Assembly (NCBI GenBank): GCA_034780895.1
Contig: JAUZTB010000042.1
Location: 674,526 to 738,525 of the forward strand
From: Rhynchobatus australiae
Lineage: Eukaryota
DNA length: 64,000 bases
Reading direction: 5' to 3'
Positions 14,160 through 27,931 of this stretch are shown here, piece by piece. The position numbers and the translations under genes were made by a program. Within the stretch, counting starts at the first letter, position 1; each line of letters begins with the position of its first letter. A model generated the notes under the pieces. That model was not told the DNA's origin and did not search any database. It saw nothing but the letters and a program-made list of their open reading frames with translations.

Positions 14160-14530
14160 AGACTAAAAGATAAAGAGGACAAATGGAGGAAGAACACAAG
14201 TAAAGTACAAGATGACAGGAATAAAAGATAGTGAGGAGAACAGGGCAACACAAAAGAAGCAATCATGAAAAAGAGGGAAACAAAATAACACAAGACAGAA
14301 TAGAAGAAAATACAAAAGTAGAGATGGAATATGTCAGGTAAAAAAAGAGAGATGAAGAGTAAAAAGAGACAGATGGTGAGAGGAAGAGGGAGAAAAAGGA
14401 CAGAAAATAAAAGAACCTGAGAAAGAATAAATAAGAGAGACAGAGAAAAGGACCAAAAGATAGATGGGGGAGAAAAGGACCAAGAGAGAGAGGAGGGAGT
14501 AAAACAGAGGGAAAAGTAGGGGAGAACAGC
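14160..14530 (+). repeat. Purine-rich low-complexity tract
   Basis: Strong A/G bias with degenerate agaaaaggaccaa units. Confidence 0.8.
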
Positions 14531-14978
14531 CAAGATATCAAGTACTGCTTTNNNNNNNNNNNNNNNNNNNNNNNNNNNNNNNNNATCTAAACTACCAAAG
14601 CTCAGATCACCATCAAATCTTGAAAGTTGAATCACATAGTTCCACTGATAATATCCATGAATTTACATTTCAAGAATAAGTTACTTTGTCAGTATACATT
14701 TTATTTCCATAGTTTTAAAATATTCGATATCCTGCCACAGAGGGGTTAATATTAATCTGTAATGAATCCTTATTTAAATATCCTCATTTACAATCCACTG
14801 ATATCATCACTTAAGAGTCCCAAGTTCAAAAGAGATCTCGGCGGATCTCATGAGTACAGGAAGTTCCTATATGACTAAAATGTCTGGGATTTTTGCAACC
14901 ACACTGATCTCCTATATTTGTCATGGCAAATTATCTGGACCATAAAAAAAGCTGTTAATTTTCTTTGTGTCAGGATTA

Positions 14979-15269
<291 letters not shown>

Positions 15270-16194
15270 CTAGAAAGGAGAAGCAAGAGAGATAACCTAG
15301 GAGAAAAGATCTCCAAAGAAAAATGTCAAGAAATTGTCAGTTACAAATGTAGTCTTTTCCCTTAATTTAGTTCATACTTAAGAGGTTCATGAAGTCTCAT
15401 TCAAAATGCTAAAGGTTCAAAAACAATTTTCCACAACTTGAAGCCAAAATTAATGATCTGAAGGATAATACAACTTAATAATAGGAATGGAAAACATCCT
15501 TAGAAAATGTATTTAATGAGGTTTATTTTGCACATCTGTTCCCACAGGAAAGGATGCAAGATTATTTGCAAGAAATTCAAAAAGAGTACAGGAAGCCGTA
15601 GGATACCGTGATTGACATGGGAACATTATCTTTTAATCACAGTTAGATAGGTGCTTGAGGGAAAAAGTGTGAACGGGGCAGTTACATGAGACTAATGCTG
15701 CTTAGCTGAATGAAGCTAGGAATACAGACATGGCACGATTGAATTCTGTGCATCTCTACATAATTAGCAGATTTGTCACTTTCAATCTGCTCAAACTCAT
15801 GCAATTTTAAACCTACCAAGATTTAAGAGCAACTACTTTCCAACTTCCTTCTGTGGGGAAAAAAAAGCTGAATTGGCATGGAAGGGGGAGTAAAATTCTG
15901 TTAATTGCATGTTGTGTACAGATTGAAAATTATTTCTAAAGCATGTCTTCTTCACTGACATGGACCTGAATGATTAGTTCAAATGAAATGTGTTCTGGTA
16001 CCTGGTTTGTTCGTTAGACTTGCACAAATGCACAGAAAAAGTTATATTGCAGATAAAAGATGCTCTGGCACAGTAGTGCTACTTCTTCAGACTCAAAAAA
16101 AATAACTGGACCTCCCATGCACTAACTTCAACGGTACAGCTGGTTCCAAGATCATACTTTAAAATAATCACTGCTGCTTATTACTTGCTTGTTA

Positions 16195-16490
16195 TGGTGC
16201 AGGGGGCCATTCACTCCTTCATCCATGCTGTCAATTTCATCAGTTCCATTCCCCCTCTCATCTCCCTGCAACCTATTCTCTCTCACATACCCATCAATTC
16301 TCCTGCCACTCAGCCAACTGGGGGTAATTTCCAGTGGTCAATTAAGCTAGCAGCACGTCTTTAGGTCGTGGGGGAAACTGGAGCACCTATGGTCAGAGGG
16401 AGAACATACAAACTCCACACATGCAGCTTCTGAAGTTAGGACGAAACCCAAGTCGCTGGAATTGTGAGGCAGCAGCACTAACTGTAGTAA
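16195..16490 (-). mobile_element. Older V-SINE with CR1-like tail
   Basis: gagaacatacaaactccacac...gaacccaagtcgctggaattgtgaggcagcagcactaac; related copies near 19545-19860 (-), 38541-38850 (+), 44060-44350 (+). Confidence 0.65.
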
Positions 16491-16721
16491 TGTTGCTAAA
16501 TTATAACATGCTGGAAATGCTCCACCGCACCTCCAAAAGATAATTCTGCAAAGCTTCATAAGATTGAATAAATGCAAAGATTAATAAAATAGGCATAAAC
16601 ATTACATCAGCATTCCAGTGGACAAGAACGCACTTTTGTTCAAATTATCTATCAACCTACAATGTTCAAGCAATGCAAGATTACAAACTTGTGCAAGTAC
16701 CTATACATCAATGGTCAGAGC

Positions 16722-16783
16722 CTTTCAAGGAAAAGAAACACTTGCAACACAACTTTCAAGGAAAAGAAACACTTGCAACACAA
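16722..16783 (+). repeat. Perfect 31-bp tandem duplication
   Basis: ctttcaaggaaaagaaacacttgcaacacaa x2. Confidence 0.95.
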
Positions 16784-19700
16784 TTGCTTTCATATGTCAA
16801 TGTCAAAAAATGCTTCTCAGACACATACTTTTGAAGTATTATCACCACTGTGTTGCAGGGAACATGGCAGCCTATTTGCCACAAGGCCCCACAAAGAATA
16901 AAGTGAATGGCTACAGGGATTGTGGAAGTAACCAGGAACCTAGGAATTGAATAGTGATGCTCTGAAATCCTGAAGAAAAATATTGTTGCAGCAACTGGAA
17001 AGGAAGTCACACAGAAGACACATCAGAATATTTATGCTCACTATTAAAATCTGGTGATCAAAAAGGTTGTACCTTTAACAATTAATTTGCAGATGTGAAG
17101 ATTATTGTCAAGATGGAAATCCAATGATCGTACATTAAATGCGCCAATTCAGTTAAAACTCAATTTACTTTTTTACTTTACTGGTCCGTTCTCCCAATTA
17201 ACTTAAANNNNNNNNNNNNNNNNNNNNNNNNNNNNNNNNNNNNNNNNNNNNNNNNNNNNNNNNNNNNNNNNNNNNNNNNNNNNNNNNNNNNNNNNNNNNN
17301 NNNNNNNNNNNNNNNNNNNNNNNNNNNNNNNNNNNNNNNNNNNNNNNNNNNNNNNNNNNNNNNNNNNNNNNNNNNNNNNNNNNNNNNNNNNNNNNNNNNN
17401 NNNNNNNNNNNNNNNNNNNNNNNNNNNNNNNNNNNNNNNNNNNNNNNNNNNNNNNNNNNNNNNNNNNNNNNNNNNNNNNNNNNNNNNNNNNNNNNNNNNN
17501 NNNNNNNNNNNNNNNNNNNNNNNNNNNNNNNNNNNNNNNNNNNNNNNNNNNNNNNNNNNNNNNNNNNNNNNNNNNNNNNNNNNNNNNNNNNNNNNNNNNN
17601 NNNNNNNNNNNNNNNNNNNNNNNNNNNNNNNNNNNNNNNNNNNNNNNNNNNNNNNNNNNNNNNNNNNNNNNNNNNNNNNNNNNNNNNNNNNNNNNNNNNN
17701 NNNNNNNNNNNNNNNNNNNNNNNNNNNNNNNNNNNNNNNNNNNNNNNNNNNNNNNNNNNNNNNNNNNNNNNNNNNNNNNNNNNNNNNNNNNNNNNNNNNN
17801 NNNNNNNNNNNNNNNNNNNNNNNNNNNNNNNNNNNNNNNNNNNNNNNNNNNNNNNNNNNCCCATTCTCAATAAATGCACGCTGCAAAGAACAAAACTGAT
17901 TTGATGGAAGTGACTAAAGGCTTGGATAAAGTTTCAGGATCTGCAAGCAGCCAGAGGAGGTGGTAGAGGCAGATACAATAACAATGTTTAAAAGGCTTTT
18001 GGACATGCACTTGGATAGGAAAGGCATAGAAGGATAGGGGTTTAATACAGGCAAATGGGGATGAGCACAGACAGGCATCAGGGTCGGCACAGACAAGGTA
18101 GGCCAACAGGACCCATTTCTGTGCTGTATGATTGAATGATTTTATTTAGCTTTGGGGGAAACAAAAAGATATTTTCAATTATCTTAGAGTGACCTTTTAA
18201 AAGAAAGCAATTTAATTTTTGAATACTTCAATCAGTAACAGTATACACATCACACTTCAAAGCATGAAGAATTAGAAAAAATATAAAATGACAAATATTA
18301 AAGCGTGTGAAAACTGAATGGAGATTAGATGGGGTGAGTTAGGTTGAGGGACAGTGGGGTTAAAGGTTACCAATTCATAAATGGAGATTTACAAGCATCT
18401 GAGAATCTGCAAGCATTCCTCACTAACAACAGCTAAGATTTCAATTAATCTTGGCTCTGGCAGTTAAGTGGAACAAATTAGGTTGTGACCTTAAAATGGC
18501 ATTGGCCAGGGTAACAAGCCTGCATTGCTGCAGCATGATAATGGTATAAAATTCCTGTTTAAAAATTTAGAGAAGTTAATCCATTGTCAGTAGCATCATG
18601 AGTAATGCAAAAATCGTGAATGATATGGAAAAGACTGGGCTTTTGGTTCCTCAGGTATTGGAACCACTATTAGTGGAGGTGAGTTTTGCATAAGCCAGAA
18701 AGATTGCAAGACTACTGTTGAAAGGAGTTTGCTTGTTTTGCGGAGGGTCTTAAACCAGCTTAGCAGGGCATGGGAAACAGAGCTTGGGTTCAGAAGGAAG
18801 AGGCACAAAGCTGGAAATAGAAGGTAGAAAATTAGAAAGCAAGCTGGAAGGCAGAAGGAAGAATCTAGAACAAAGGAGGTTTGCAATGCTTTGCAGGACA
18901 TAGTTCAATGCAAAGGAGTCCTGTCAATAAACAGATGATCCAAGAGCCCAGACTGATGCATTGATTTGCAAAACAGCTGTGAAAGAAACATGTTTTAAAG
19001 AAGGGCAGAATGATATCTCAACATTCACATTTAGGGTTCTCAGATGAGACAGAGGGCATAAAAGTCAGTGAGAAAGATTCAATACTAATGAATAAAGAAA
19101 CAAAGCTGTGAGAAGAGATGATATACTTAGGAATGTCAATTGAAGTAATTAAAGAACAAAAGAAACAGATATTCACACTATTGAGTGCAAAAAAGGGAAC
19201 AGAAGAGAAAACATGAAAGCACATCTCAAAATTACACAATGTAGGTCATAGTAGGGAATTATAACCACTAATATTAACTAGAATAGAATCAGAGTACAGA
19301 GGGTGCAAAATATCTATGATGCACTCAGGAGATCTATTCCAGCTAATACACGGAGGATGAAATTGGGCAAGTGGAAGGAGCATCAGTGGGACAGCATTTT
19401 GATGGTTGCAAACATAATCTGTTTCAATTTACTACAGCTATGGACAAACAAAAGGAGACCAAGATCAAAAGTTCTCAGTTGGGGAAATGTGAATTTTATT
19501 ATGCAAGAGTGACTTAGCAAAATTGCACTGGAAATGGATATAGAGTCCAGAAACAGAGCCTTTGACCCACTGGTTCCTAGCCAAATATCAAGCACCTATT
19601 TACATTAGTCATACACTAATCCTACTTTATGCTCCCCACATGTCCAGCAACTTTCCCAAATTCTCCTACTTATCTACACACCACAGTGATCAGTTAACCT

Positions 19701-20344
19701 ACCAACCCCCAAGTTTTTTGAACATGAAGCATCCAGAGGAAACCCATACTCTCACAGAGAGAACGTGCAAACTCCATACAGACAGCACCAGAGGTGCAGA
19801 TTGAACCCAGGTCACTGGAGGTGTGTGGCAGCAGCTCTCCTAAAGGTACTGTGCCACCCAAAGGTACTCAAAGGTAAAACATTGTCAGGGCATTTGAGGA
19901 GGAGTGAAAACTCAATTGGAAAAAACTTGGAGAATCACCAAGTGCAAGGGTGAAAGTAAGAAAATTAGAGAAAGACGTCAATTAAGAAATATTGGCAAGG
20001 TTAAGTTAAGGATCTACTGGAGATCATAAAAGGTAACCTGTATTTGGATGCAAAAGATGATTTCCAATGCTGCATCTTGTCTTCCCAAAGAATAGGATGA
20101 CTGTATAGTTAAAGAGAAAAGGCTTGAAATATTGACTGGATTAGTAAGGAGTGGGAGAGACACTGATAGATTTTGAAAGCAGATGAACTGGCAGGCCCAG
20201 ATGAAATCCACCCAAGGGTTGAGAGGAAGGAAGGAAGGAAGGAAATGGCACAAGCTCTGACCATCATTTGCCAATCCTCTCCAGTTCGGGTGATGTCCTA
20301 AAGGACTCAAAGGTTTCCTTTCTAGTGAGTATAAAAATAAGAAT

Positions 20345-21985
20345 ATAGGGCAGACGAATGCATGGCTAAAGTTTTAGTGCAAGAGACAGGGCTTCAGATT
20401 TTTGGATCACTGGGATTTCTTCTGGGGCAGGGGTGACCGATACAAGAAGGACAGGTTGCACCAGACCAATATCCCTACTTTGAGCTTTGCTAATGTTGCA
20501 CGGGAGGGCTGAAACTAGTGAGGCAGGAGATGGGATCCAGAATGACAGTGCAGCAGCCAGAGAAGGTAACTCATAAGTAAAGAGGACAAGCAAGTTCAGT
20601 GGAAAGTGTTGTGAGAGACAGAAAGAGAAGCATAAGAGGAGTGGTAGCTTAACTGCATTTACTTTGATGGAAAAAACTTCACAGGTAAGAAGGCTGAGCC
20701 GAGAGCGTGAATCAGCGCATGAGATTAAATTGCTGAAATCACATAAACGTGGTCGAGGGGAGGGGAGGACTAGCAGCTCTATGTTTCGCATGCAGAAGTT
20801 TCAGGCAATGACGGTGGGGGATACAAAAGAGGAGGAGGTGTTGCACTACTGATTAGGGAGAGCATTACAGCAGTACTCAGGGAGGATATCCTGGAGGGAT
20901 CAACAAATGAGGCTATATGGGTAGAATTCAGGAAAAGAAAGAGGCAATCACTTGATTGGATTATACTGTACGTCTCTCAATAGTCAGCCGGAATTAGAGG
21001 AACAGATATGCTGGGAGATTGGAGATGAAGTAAAAACAAAAGGGGAAAAAGGCTGTAGAAGTAGGGGATTTTAACTTTCCCAATATTGACTGGGATTGCC
21101 TTAATGCAAGGGGCTTAGATGGGAAAGAATTCATAAAATACATTCAAGAGGCTTTTCTGGAGTAGTAAGTAGCGAGTCCTACAAGAGACAGGGCTGTACT
21201 TAGAGAATGAGGACAGGCAAGTGATTGATGTGTCAATAGATGAACCCTATGGAAACTGTGACCATAGAAGCTTACTGAGAAAGATAGAGTTAGTTTTTGA
21301 GTTAGAGCCCTAACTGTCACCAGTGTAAGACAGGACCTGGAAGAGATAGATTGTGAGATTGTGGAGAGGAAAACCAACATCTGATAATTGGAAGGTGTTC
21401 AAAGATGGGATGGTAAGAGTTCAGTTACGTGTCCCTGGAAGGGTAAGAGGCAAAGATGGCAAGTTTGAGGAACTGTGCTTGGTAAAGGATATTGGAAGTC
21501 TGAAAATAAAAGGAAACGCATGTCAGATAAAGGCAATTGGTATTGAACGAGTCACTTCAGGTTTACTCGGGATATTGGAGAGAACTTAAACATGGAATTA
21601 GCAGGACAAAAGGGCAGCATAAGATGATTTTGGAAAGTAAGATTAAGGAAAATCCTAAAACCTTTTGCATTAGAAGAGGGCAGCTAAGGAAGGAATAAGT
21701 CTCCTCAGGGACCAAAGGGGTAACCTTTCATATACCCTGTGGCGCCAGAGCATACAAAAGAAATCATAAATGAATGTTTCTCATCAGTATTCACTGAGGA
21801 GAAGGACTGAGAGGCTGGAGAGTTAAGGAAGGGTACACTAATATCCTGGAGGAAGGAGGAAGTGTGAGAAATACTTGTGCATATTGGGATGGATAAATCC
21901 TCAAGGCTGGTCGGGATCTATCCCAGGACGCTAAGGAAAGCGAGGGAAGACATTGCTCGGGTTCTGACGGGCAGATTAGCTGGGG
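20345..21985 (+). mobile_element. Degenerate CR1 LINE (ORF1 end, endonuclease, linker)
   Basis: GDFNFPNIDW endonuclease motif and MDKSSRLVGIYPRTLRKARE (DKSPGPDGIYPRTL-like) motif. Confidence 0.8.
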
Positions 21986-22660
21986 CACTTCAGCTTTATT
22001 TGATAGTTCACGTTTGGAAGATATTAATAACCCCTCCCTCCATTCAAAAATATGTCAATCAAAAAGAGAATTAGGAACCACTTCACAAGACCAACTGATC
22101 ATTGCCAAAGCACAATTCAATCTTCACCAGCTAGGTACCATCCATTATCTCAAATCCCCTCATGCAGATTGCTCTTGCCTCTATCTGAACCTCAGGGCAT
22201 TACTACCTTCAATTATTTTGTCTCACTTAATTCATCATCAGCAGTGCCACTGGAAGTTCATTTGTGTCTCTTATTTGTTTCTGGGAAAATGTTGCAAAAT
22301 CCTGCTCCACATGAGATTTATAGCTAACATTTACACCAGGGATATATAAAAAACAAGGACTTCATTAGGCATGCTGTTTTATGGTTTAAATTAGTTGTTA
22401 TACATGCTGTTCAGTTTTAAAAGCTGAAATTCAAAATAATATTATAATGTAAACCAAACTATTACATGCAAAAGAAATGACTCCATTAACCATATTCCAG
22501 ACATCAACTTTACTACTTTTAAATGTGTTTTTGCATCAAGGTTCCACCACAGCAGCCTTCATGCTTGATCATTCATTGAAGCCCACCTCTACTTATTTTA
22601 TCACCTTTAAAACCAGGCAGTCAGCATACTAAGAAAAGCACACTCATTATGGATACTCAC

Positions 22661-22819
22661 TCATAGGTCCTGACCAGCTGGTACAGACACATCAGGCTGC
22701 CAAGCCAGCTTGAATTATTTGGTGATTGCAGGAAAAAGCCAATTTTGTCCACCACTGCCGTCCAACGTCCAGGGAAGTCGTATTTGATTATAGCACGANN
22801 NNNNNNNNNNNNNNNNNNN
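22661..22819 (-). CDS. IPO8: Importin-8 coding exon 4 (...[46 protein letters not shown]); 5' end in N gap
   Basis: Readable 22661-22798 with GTGAGT donor. The acceptor falls in the gap 22799-22824; 22819 is inferred from the expected protein length. Confidence 0.92.
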
Positions 22820-24269
22820 NNNNNTATACGACATTCATATGCAAGTTAGTCAATCCTTTGTGAAGCACAAACTTTCTAACTGTACACCATAGAATACTTA
22901 GAGTATTCAAAGAAGCACTGCACATCTAAGTGGAAAATAGACAAAACCTAATGCATGACAGAAGTCTCCACTCTACACAAATGGATCATTCTAATTCTGA
23001 GTTCAGTGAGGGGCAAGATGTTAGTGCTGGTTAATGAACGTTCTACTCTTTGTGCTTCCTCGTGGTCCTGTGGGAGGATGTGGAGGTGGGACAAATGGCA
23101 AAGTCAGGGGCCAGAGAAACATTAGAAATTATCAGCAGACTTCTTCTATGGCCATTGACTCATACTGACATCGCAGCCAAAGGACAGGATGTACTCCAGT
23201 TCTGCAGATTGCTGTATTTCATGGGACTAATTCATCAACTCTCAGATGACCAGCATTACAAATCACAGGCACTACAAGGGGCAGCAATTCTCTTCATGAA
23301 TTCTGAAAATAGAAGAGTTACATTCCTTCACACATCTAACTTTCTCATTAATGAAAGATATTTGCCTCCACTGTATGAACTAGGTCTGTTGCGAGTAGTG
23401 ATTGCTTGCTGTGAAGAGATTCTGCCCAAGATCATACTGATCTCAATTCCCTTTCCAACCAGTCTCTCGCTGGAATTCAATGAGAAGTTTAAGATCAATG
23501 AGTAGTAGATTCATAAATAAAAGGTCAGATTGCTTAAAGGGGTGGTATTCGTTTGGAACTGAAAGAAACAAATCATATTTTCTTCAAGCTAAACTGCTTA
23601 TTGTTTAATGTCTGGGAAAACAGACTTCTTTTAAACTTATCACTAAGGAAGTGGTTTATAAAAAAAGGAATTTTCTGTCTCATCTTAATTGAGAAAGGGG
23701 TGTGGAATTCCTTACGTATGCAAATGAAAACTTCCCTAAATGGTACCTAAAAAGTCCCTTTTCCCAGCAGTTTCGCTTGTCCAGATAATAAAATTACCTC
23801 AATTTTTCATATTGATTTTAGGAAAGGGGGCACGCGTGGGGGAAAAGAATGATTCCTGTCTTTCTGGGATGAGAGAAAGAGGGAGAAGATTACACAATGA
23901 CTATCAGTACAGTCAAATATTGTTATTCCAAAATTAGAGAGCTAATACTAAATTGAAGTGGTTTGAAATTCTGGAAGAAATCTAGCAACCCCCTTAATTA
24001 AACAAAGTGTGATAATCCACTAATATTGGCCATCTTGGCATACCTTTACATTATGCTTCAATTATATCAATTGAATTGAGTGAGTAACCACTGTTCTGGT
24101 AACTATTTGGCTTCATCTCACAAAGCATTATTTAGTCTGCCTCCTGAGAATTGATGAAGTAAATGTCCGATAAAGGAAAGTGTGTTTGCAGGGCACATTA
24201 CAACCCCAGATCAATATGCAGATACATGGCAACACAAAGTCAACAGGGGTTAACTCCCACAAAATAAGT

Positions 24270-24370
24270 AAAAGCAGAAAATGCTGGAGACACTCATCAG
24301 GTCAGGCCACATTATTGAAAGAAAAACAGAGTTAGCATTTCAGATTACAGACCCTTCGTCAGATCTGGGC
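24270..24370 (-). mobile_element. Penelope-terminus-like repeat (minus strand)
   Basis: Reverse complement reads agat CTGACGA agggtctgtaatct GAAA tg ct aact plus the family tail. Confidence 0.65.
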
Positions 24371-24512
24371 AAAAGATAAAATAAGGTAATGACAAGTTAC
24401 ACATGTGGGAGGAGTGGCTAGGACAGAGGGAATATCTGTGATAGGGAAAGATCAAATGGATTAATGAAACAGTTTAGAAATGGATTCTACTGCATTGTCT
24501 GTGTTGTGGGCA

Positions 24513-24835
24513 GGCACAGTAGTGTAGCAGTTAGCGTAACGCTATTACAGCACCAGCGTCCCAGGTTCAATTCCAGCCACTGTCTGTAAGGAGTTTATAT
24601 CTTCTCCCCATGCCTGCACGGGTTTCCTCCAGGTGCTCTAGTTTCCTCCAACATTCCAAAGACGTACGGGTTAGGAAGTTGTGGGTGTGCTATGTTGGCG
24701 CCGGAAGGGTGGCGACACTTGCGGGCTGCCCCCAGAACACTCTATGCAAAAGATGCATTTCACTGTGTGTTTCAATGTATATGTGACTGATAAAGATATC
24801 TTATCTCACCTCATCTCATATCATCTTATCTTATA
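24513..24835 (+). mobile_element. tRNA-derived V-SINE
   Basis: A-box/B-box head (GGTTCAATTCC), V-domain-like core gggtttcctccaggtgctc...ttccaaagacgt, (ATCTT/ATCTC)n tail; similar to 27639-27931. Confidence 0.85.
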
Positions 24836-24844
24836 TTCAAACAC

Positions 24845-25400
24845 TAATCTTTCTACCGCATCTGGAGGATTTTGTGGAGACAACATTGGTGTTTTGAGAT
24901 GCCTGCTGTAAGTAGTCTAGAACTCAGAAACCTTCAACAGACCAGGATGACTAAAGCCTGGTGGGCCATGACTTTTGTGCCAGACTCAAGGTCTTGAGCA
25001 AATATCCTTCTCTCCAATTGATCAATGGCTGCATTGGCACATTGAAGGTCATATTATATTCATTATCGATGCCTCTTTTCACCAAGAAATATAGAATGTG
25101 GTCCATATTTTCCTGGATTTCATTGTGAAGCTTCGATAATAAGGTGTGATACAGCAACAGCAGCTTGATAGAGGCTCTTGGTCTTATGGATGTCCAGTGG
25201 AAGCCCTCTTGTATTCTTCAGTGAATGAGTCCACAGTGTCTTAGAGCTTGGCCTCCAAGGGTGTGTAAACACAAACGTCACTTGCATACTGCAGGTCAAC
25301 TACCAGGGTTTAGGTGACCTTGCTTCTGGAGAGTAGTCGCCATGGCTTGAATAGTTTCCCATTCATTTTAAGTTTTGTTCTATTGAAAAAAGTGTAAGTG
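24845..25400 (-). mobile_element. Degenerate RTE-clade LINE fragment
   Basis: Reverse complement has TTYSRHLK...CLHKILQ-like remnants. Confidence 0.5.
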
Positions 25401-25584
25401 CAATGACTGGCATGGGGAGGCAGTGGTTAAATAGGACCTTGGTGATGACTTTCCCTGTGGAGGGCACAGGGAGTTTACACTGCAGTCACCACAGTCAGAC
25501 TGATCTCCTTTCCAGAATGCAGGTACAATGATAGCATTTCCGTGCTACACTGGTATATTGGTAAATTCGTAAATTGTTAAATTA

Positions 25585-26830
25585 GTTTACTGTTACATGT
25601 ACCAAGGTACAGTGAACAACCTTGTTTTGCATGCCTTCCATACATTTCATTTCATCACATCAGTACATTGAGGTATTACAAGGGAAAACAATAACAGAAT
25701 GCAGAATAAAGTGTTACAATTACATAGAAAGTGCAGTGCAGGCACACAATCAAATGCAAGGGCATAACGAAGGAGAATGTGAGGTCAAGAGTCCAAACTT
25801 ATTGTACTAGGGTATCATTCAATGGTCTTAAAACAGCAGGATTGAAACTGTCTTCAGCCTGGTGGTATGTGCTTTCAGATTTTTGTATCTTCTCCCTAAT
25901 GGGAGGAAGGAGAAGAGAGAATGTCCAGGGTGGGTGGGGTCTTTGATTATGCTGGCTGCTTTACCGAGGCAGCGAGAAGTATAGACAATGGAGGGGAGGC
26001 TGGTTTCTGTGCCGTGCTGACCTGTGTCCACAACTCTCTCCAGTTTCTTGCGGTCCTGGACAGAGCAGTTGCCATACCAAGCCATGATGCATCTGGATAG
26101 GATGCTTTCCATGGTACATTGATAAAAATTGGTGTCAAAGGGGACATACCAAATTTCTATAGCCTCCTGGGGAAGTAGAGGTGCTGGTGAGCTTTCTTGG
26201 CCGTGGAGTCCACATGATTGGACGAAGACAGGCTACTAGTGACGTTCAATCCTAGGAACTTGAAGCTCTCAACCCTCTTGACCTCAGCACCATTGATATA
26301 AACAGAACCATGTGCACCAACCCCCTTCCTGAAGTCAATGACCGTCTCTTTTGTTTTGCTGACATTGAGGGAAAGAATGATGTCATGCCACCATGTCATG
26401 AGGCTCTCTATCTCCTTCCTTTGACACATCTTTAGTTGAGATATGGCCCACTATGGTGGTATCATCTGTAAACTTGTGGATGGAGTTAGAGCAGAATCTG
26501 GCCACACAATCATGAGTGCATAAAGAGTAGTGTAGGGGGCTGAGGACACAGCCTTGTGGGGCACCAGCGTTGAGGATAGTCATGGCGGAGATGTTGCTGC
26601 CTATCTGTTGGTCAGGAAGTCAAGGATCTAGTTGCAGAGGGAGGTGTTGAGTCCCAGGTCTCANNNNNNNNNNNNNNNNNNNNNNNNNNNNNNNNNNNNN
26701 NNNNNNNNNNNNNNNNNNNNNNNNNNNNNNNNNNNNNNNNNNNNNNNNNNNNNNNNNNNNNNNGGATGCTTTCTATGGTGAATTGATAAAAATTGGTGAG
26801 GGTCGATGGGGACGTGCCGAATTTCCAACA
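25585..26830 (-). mobile_element. Rex1/Babar-type LINE RT and 3' end
   Basis: LNAGAPQGCVLSPL, KFTDDTTIVG, LNVSKTKETVIDFRK, FKFLG, ESILSRCIMAWYGNC, IIKDPTHPGHSLF. Confidence 0.85.
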
Positions 26831-27638
26831 GGGTGATCAAATTGTTAAAATAAATTAAGGGATTTGGCTGCTTCAGGCATGTATTTCCATCAGGACTCGT
26901 GACCCTTCTTAATTTAATCAGACTTAATTGAAAGGAAACTCGCGGGAAAAGGGATACCTCAGGCAGAAACATTCTGATCCCTGAGCATGTTCATTCCCAT
27001 GTTACAGCAACGGAAGATGTCACACCAAGCACCACCAATCCCGATAGGAAATCAATTGGCCTCAGTTTTTATACATGCAAGTCTAATTGAAAGCATTGAT
27101 TGCAAATGTCAGAATGTACTGACGTTGTTCTGCTATAGATTTGTTACCAAATTAGATATTTAAATACCACCACTACCTGAATTGATTAAATAATCGATTA
27201 ATGATTAGATTTTTAATGAAGCTTGCTGTCTGCAACCTTAGTTAACGTACATTTACAGTGTCTTTGTCTGAAGCTGCTCCAGTCGCTGTTGAGGAGATTG
27301 CTTCATGGGCAAGGAATTGTAGGATTTAGACCCAGCAGGAGCCAAGAGAATGGCGATGTCGTTGTGATGCAGGCTGCTGTGTGACTTGAAGGGAAACTCT
27401 GGTCGTTCCGTTGGATGTTGGAGACTGTAGGTGTATGAGGAGCTGCTGAAGATGTGTCGGTGAGCTGCTTCAGAGCATGTGGTAGAGGATACAACCTGCA
27501 GCCATTATGTAACGGTGGTGGAGAGCGTGGACACAGCAGTATGTATTTATTTCTATTACTTGGTTTATTGCCTGTGCCACTATAATTTGGTGGCACATAG
27601 ACAACTCCCACCAGTTATTTTTTTCCCTTTACTCCTCA

Positions 27639-27931
27639 GGGCACTCATGGTAGTGTAGCGGTTAGCATAACACTGTTACAGCGCCAGCAACCCAGGTTCA
27701 ATTCCAGCCGCTGTCTGTAAGGAGTTTGTACGTTCTCCCCGTGTCTGCGTGGGTTTCTTCCCGTTCCCTCCCACATTCCAAAGACGTATGGGTTAGGAAG
27801 TTGTGGGCGTGCTGTGTTGGCGCTGGAAGTGTGGAGACACTTGCGGGCTGCCCCCAGAACACTCTATGCAAAAGATGCATTTCACTGTGTGTTTCAATGT
27901 ATATGTGACTAATAAAGAGATCTTATCTTAA
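27639..27931 (+). mobile_element. tRNA-derived V-SINE, same subfamily
   Basis: High similarity to 24513-24835 over its length. Confidence 0.85.

Noticed and set aside
14120-14635. Hydrophobic, membrane-protein-like ORF
   Set aside because: Artefact of translating a pyrimidine-rich low-complexity strand
16722-16783. CRISPR-like repeats
   Set aside because: Spacer-less tandem duplication in a vertebrate genome
23050-23505. 151-aa ORF; also 29595-30122, 37713-38180 and 42835-43105
   Set aside because: No recognisable domain or splice context; within chance expectation for intronic DNA
24513-24590. tRNA gene
   Set aside because: It is the head of a SINE, followed by the V core and tail, with several copies in the window
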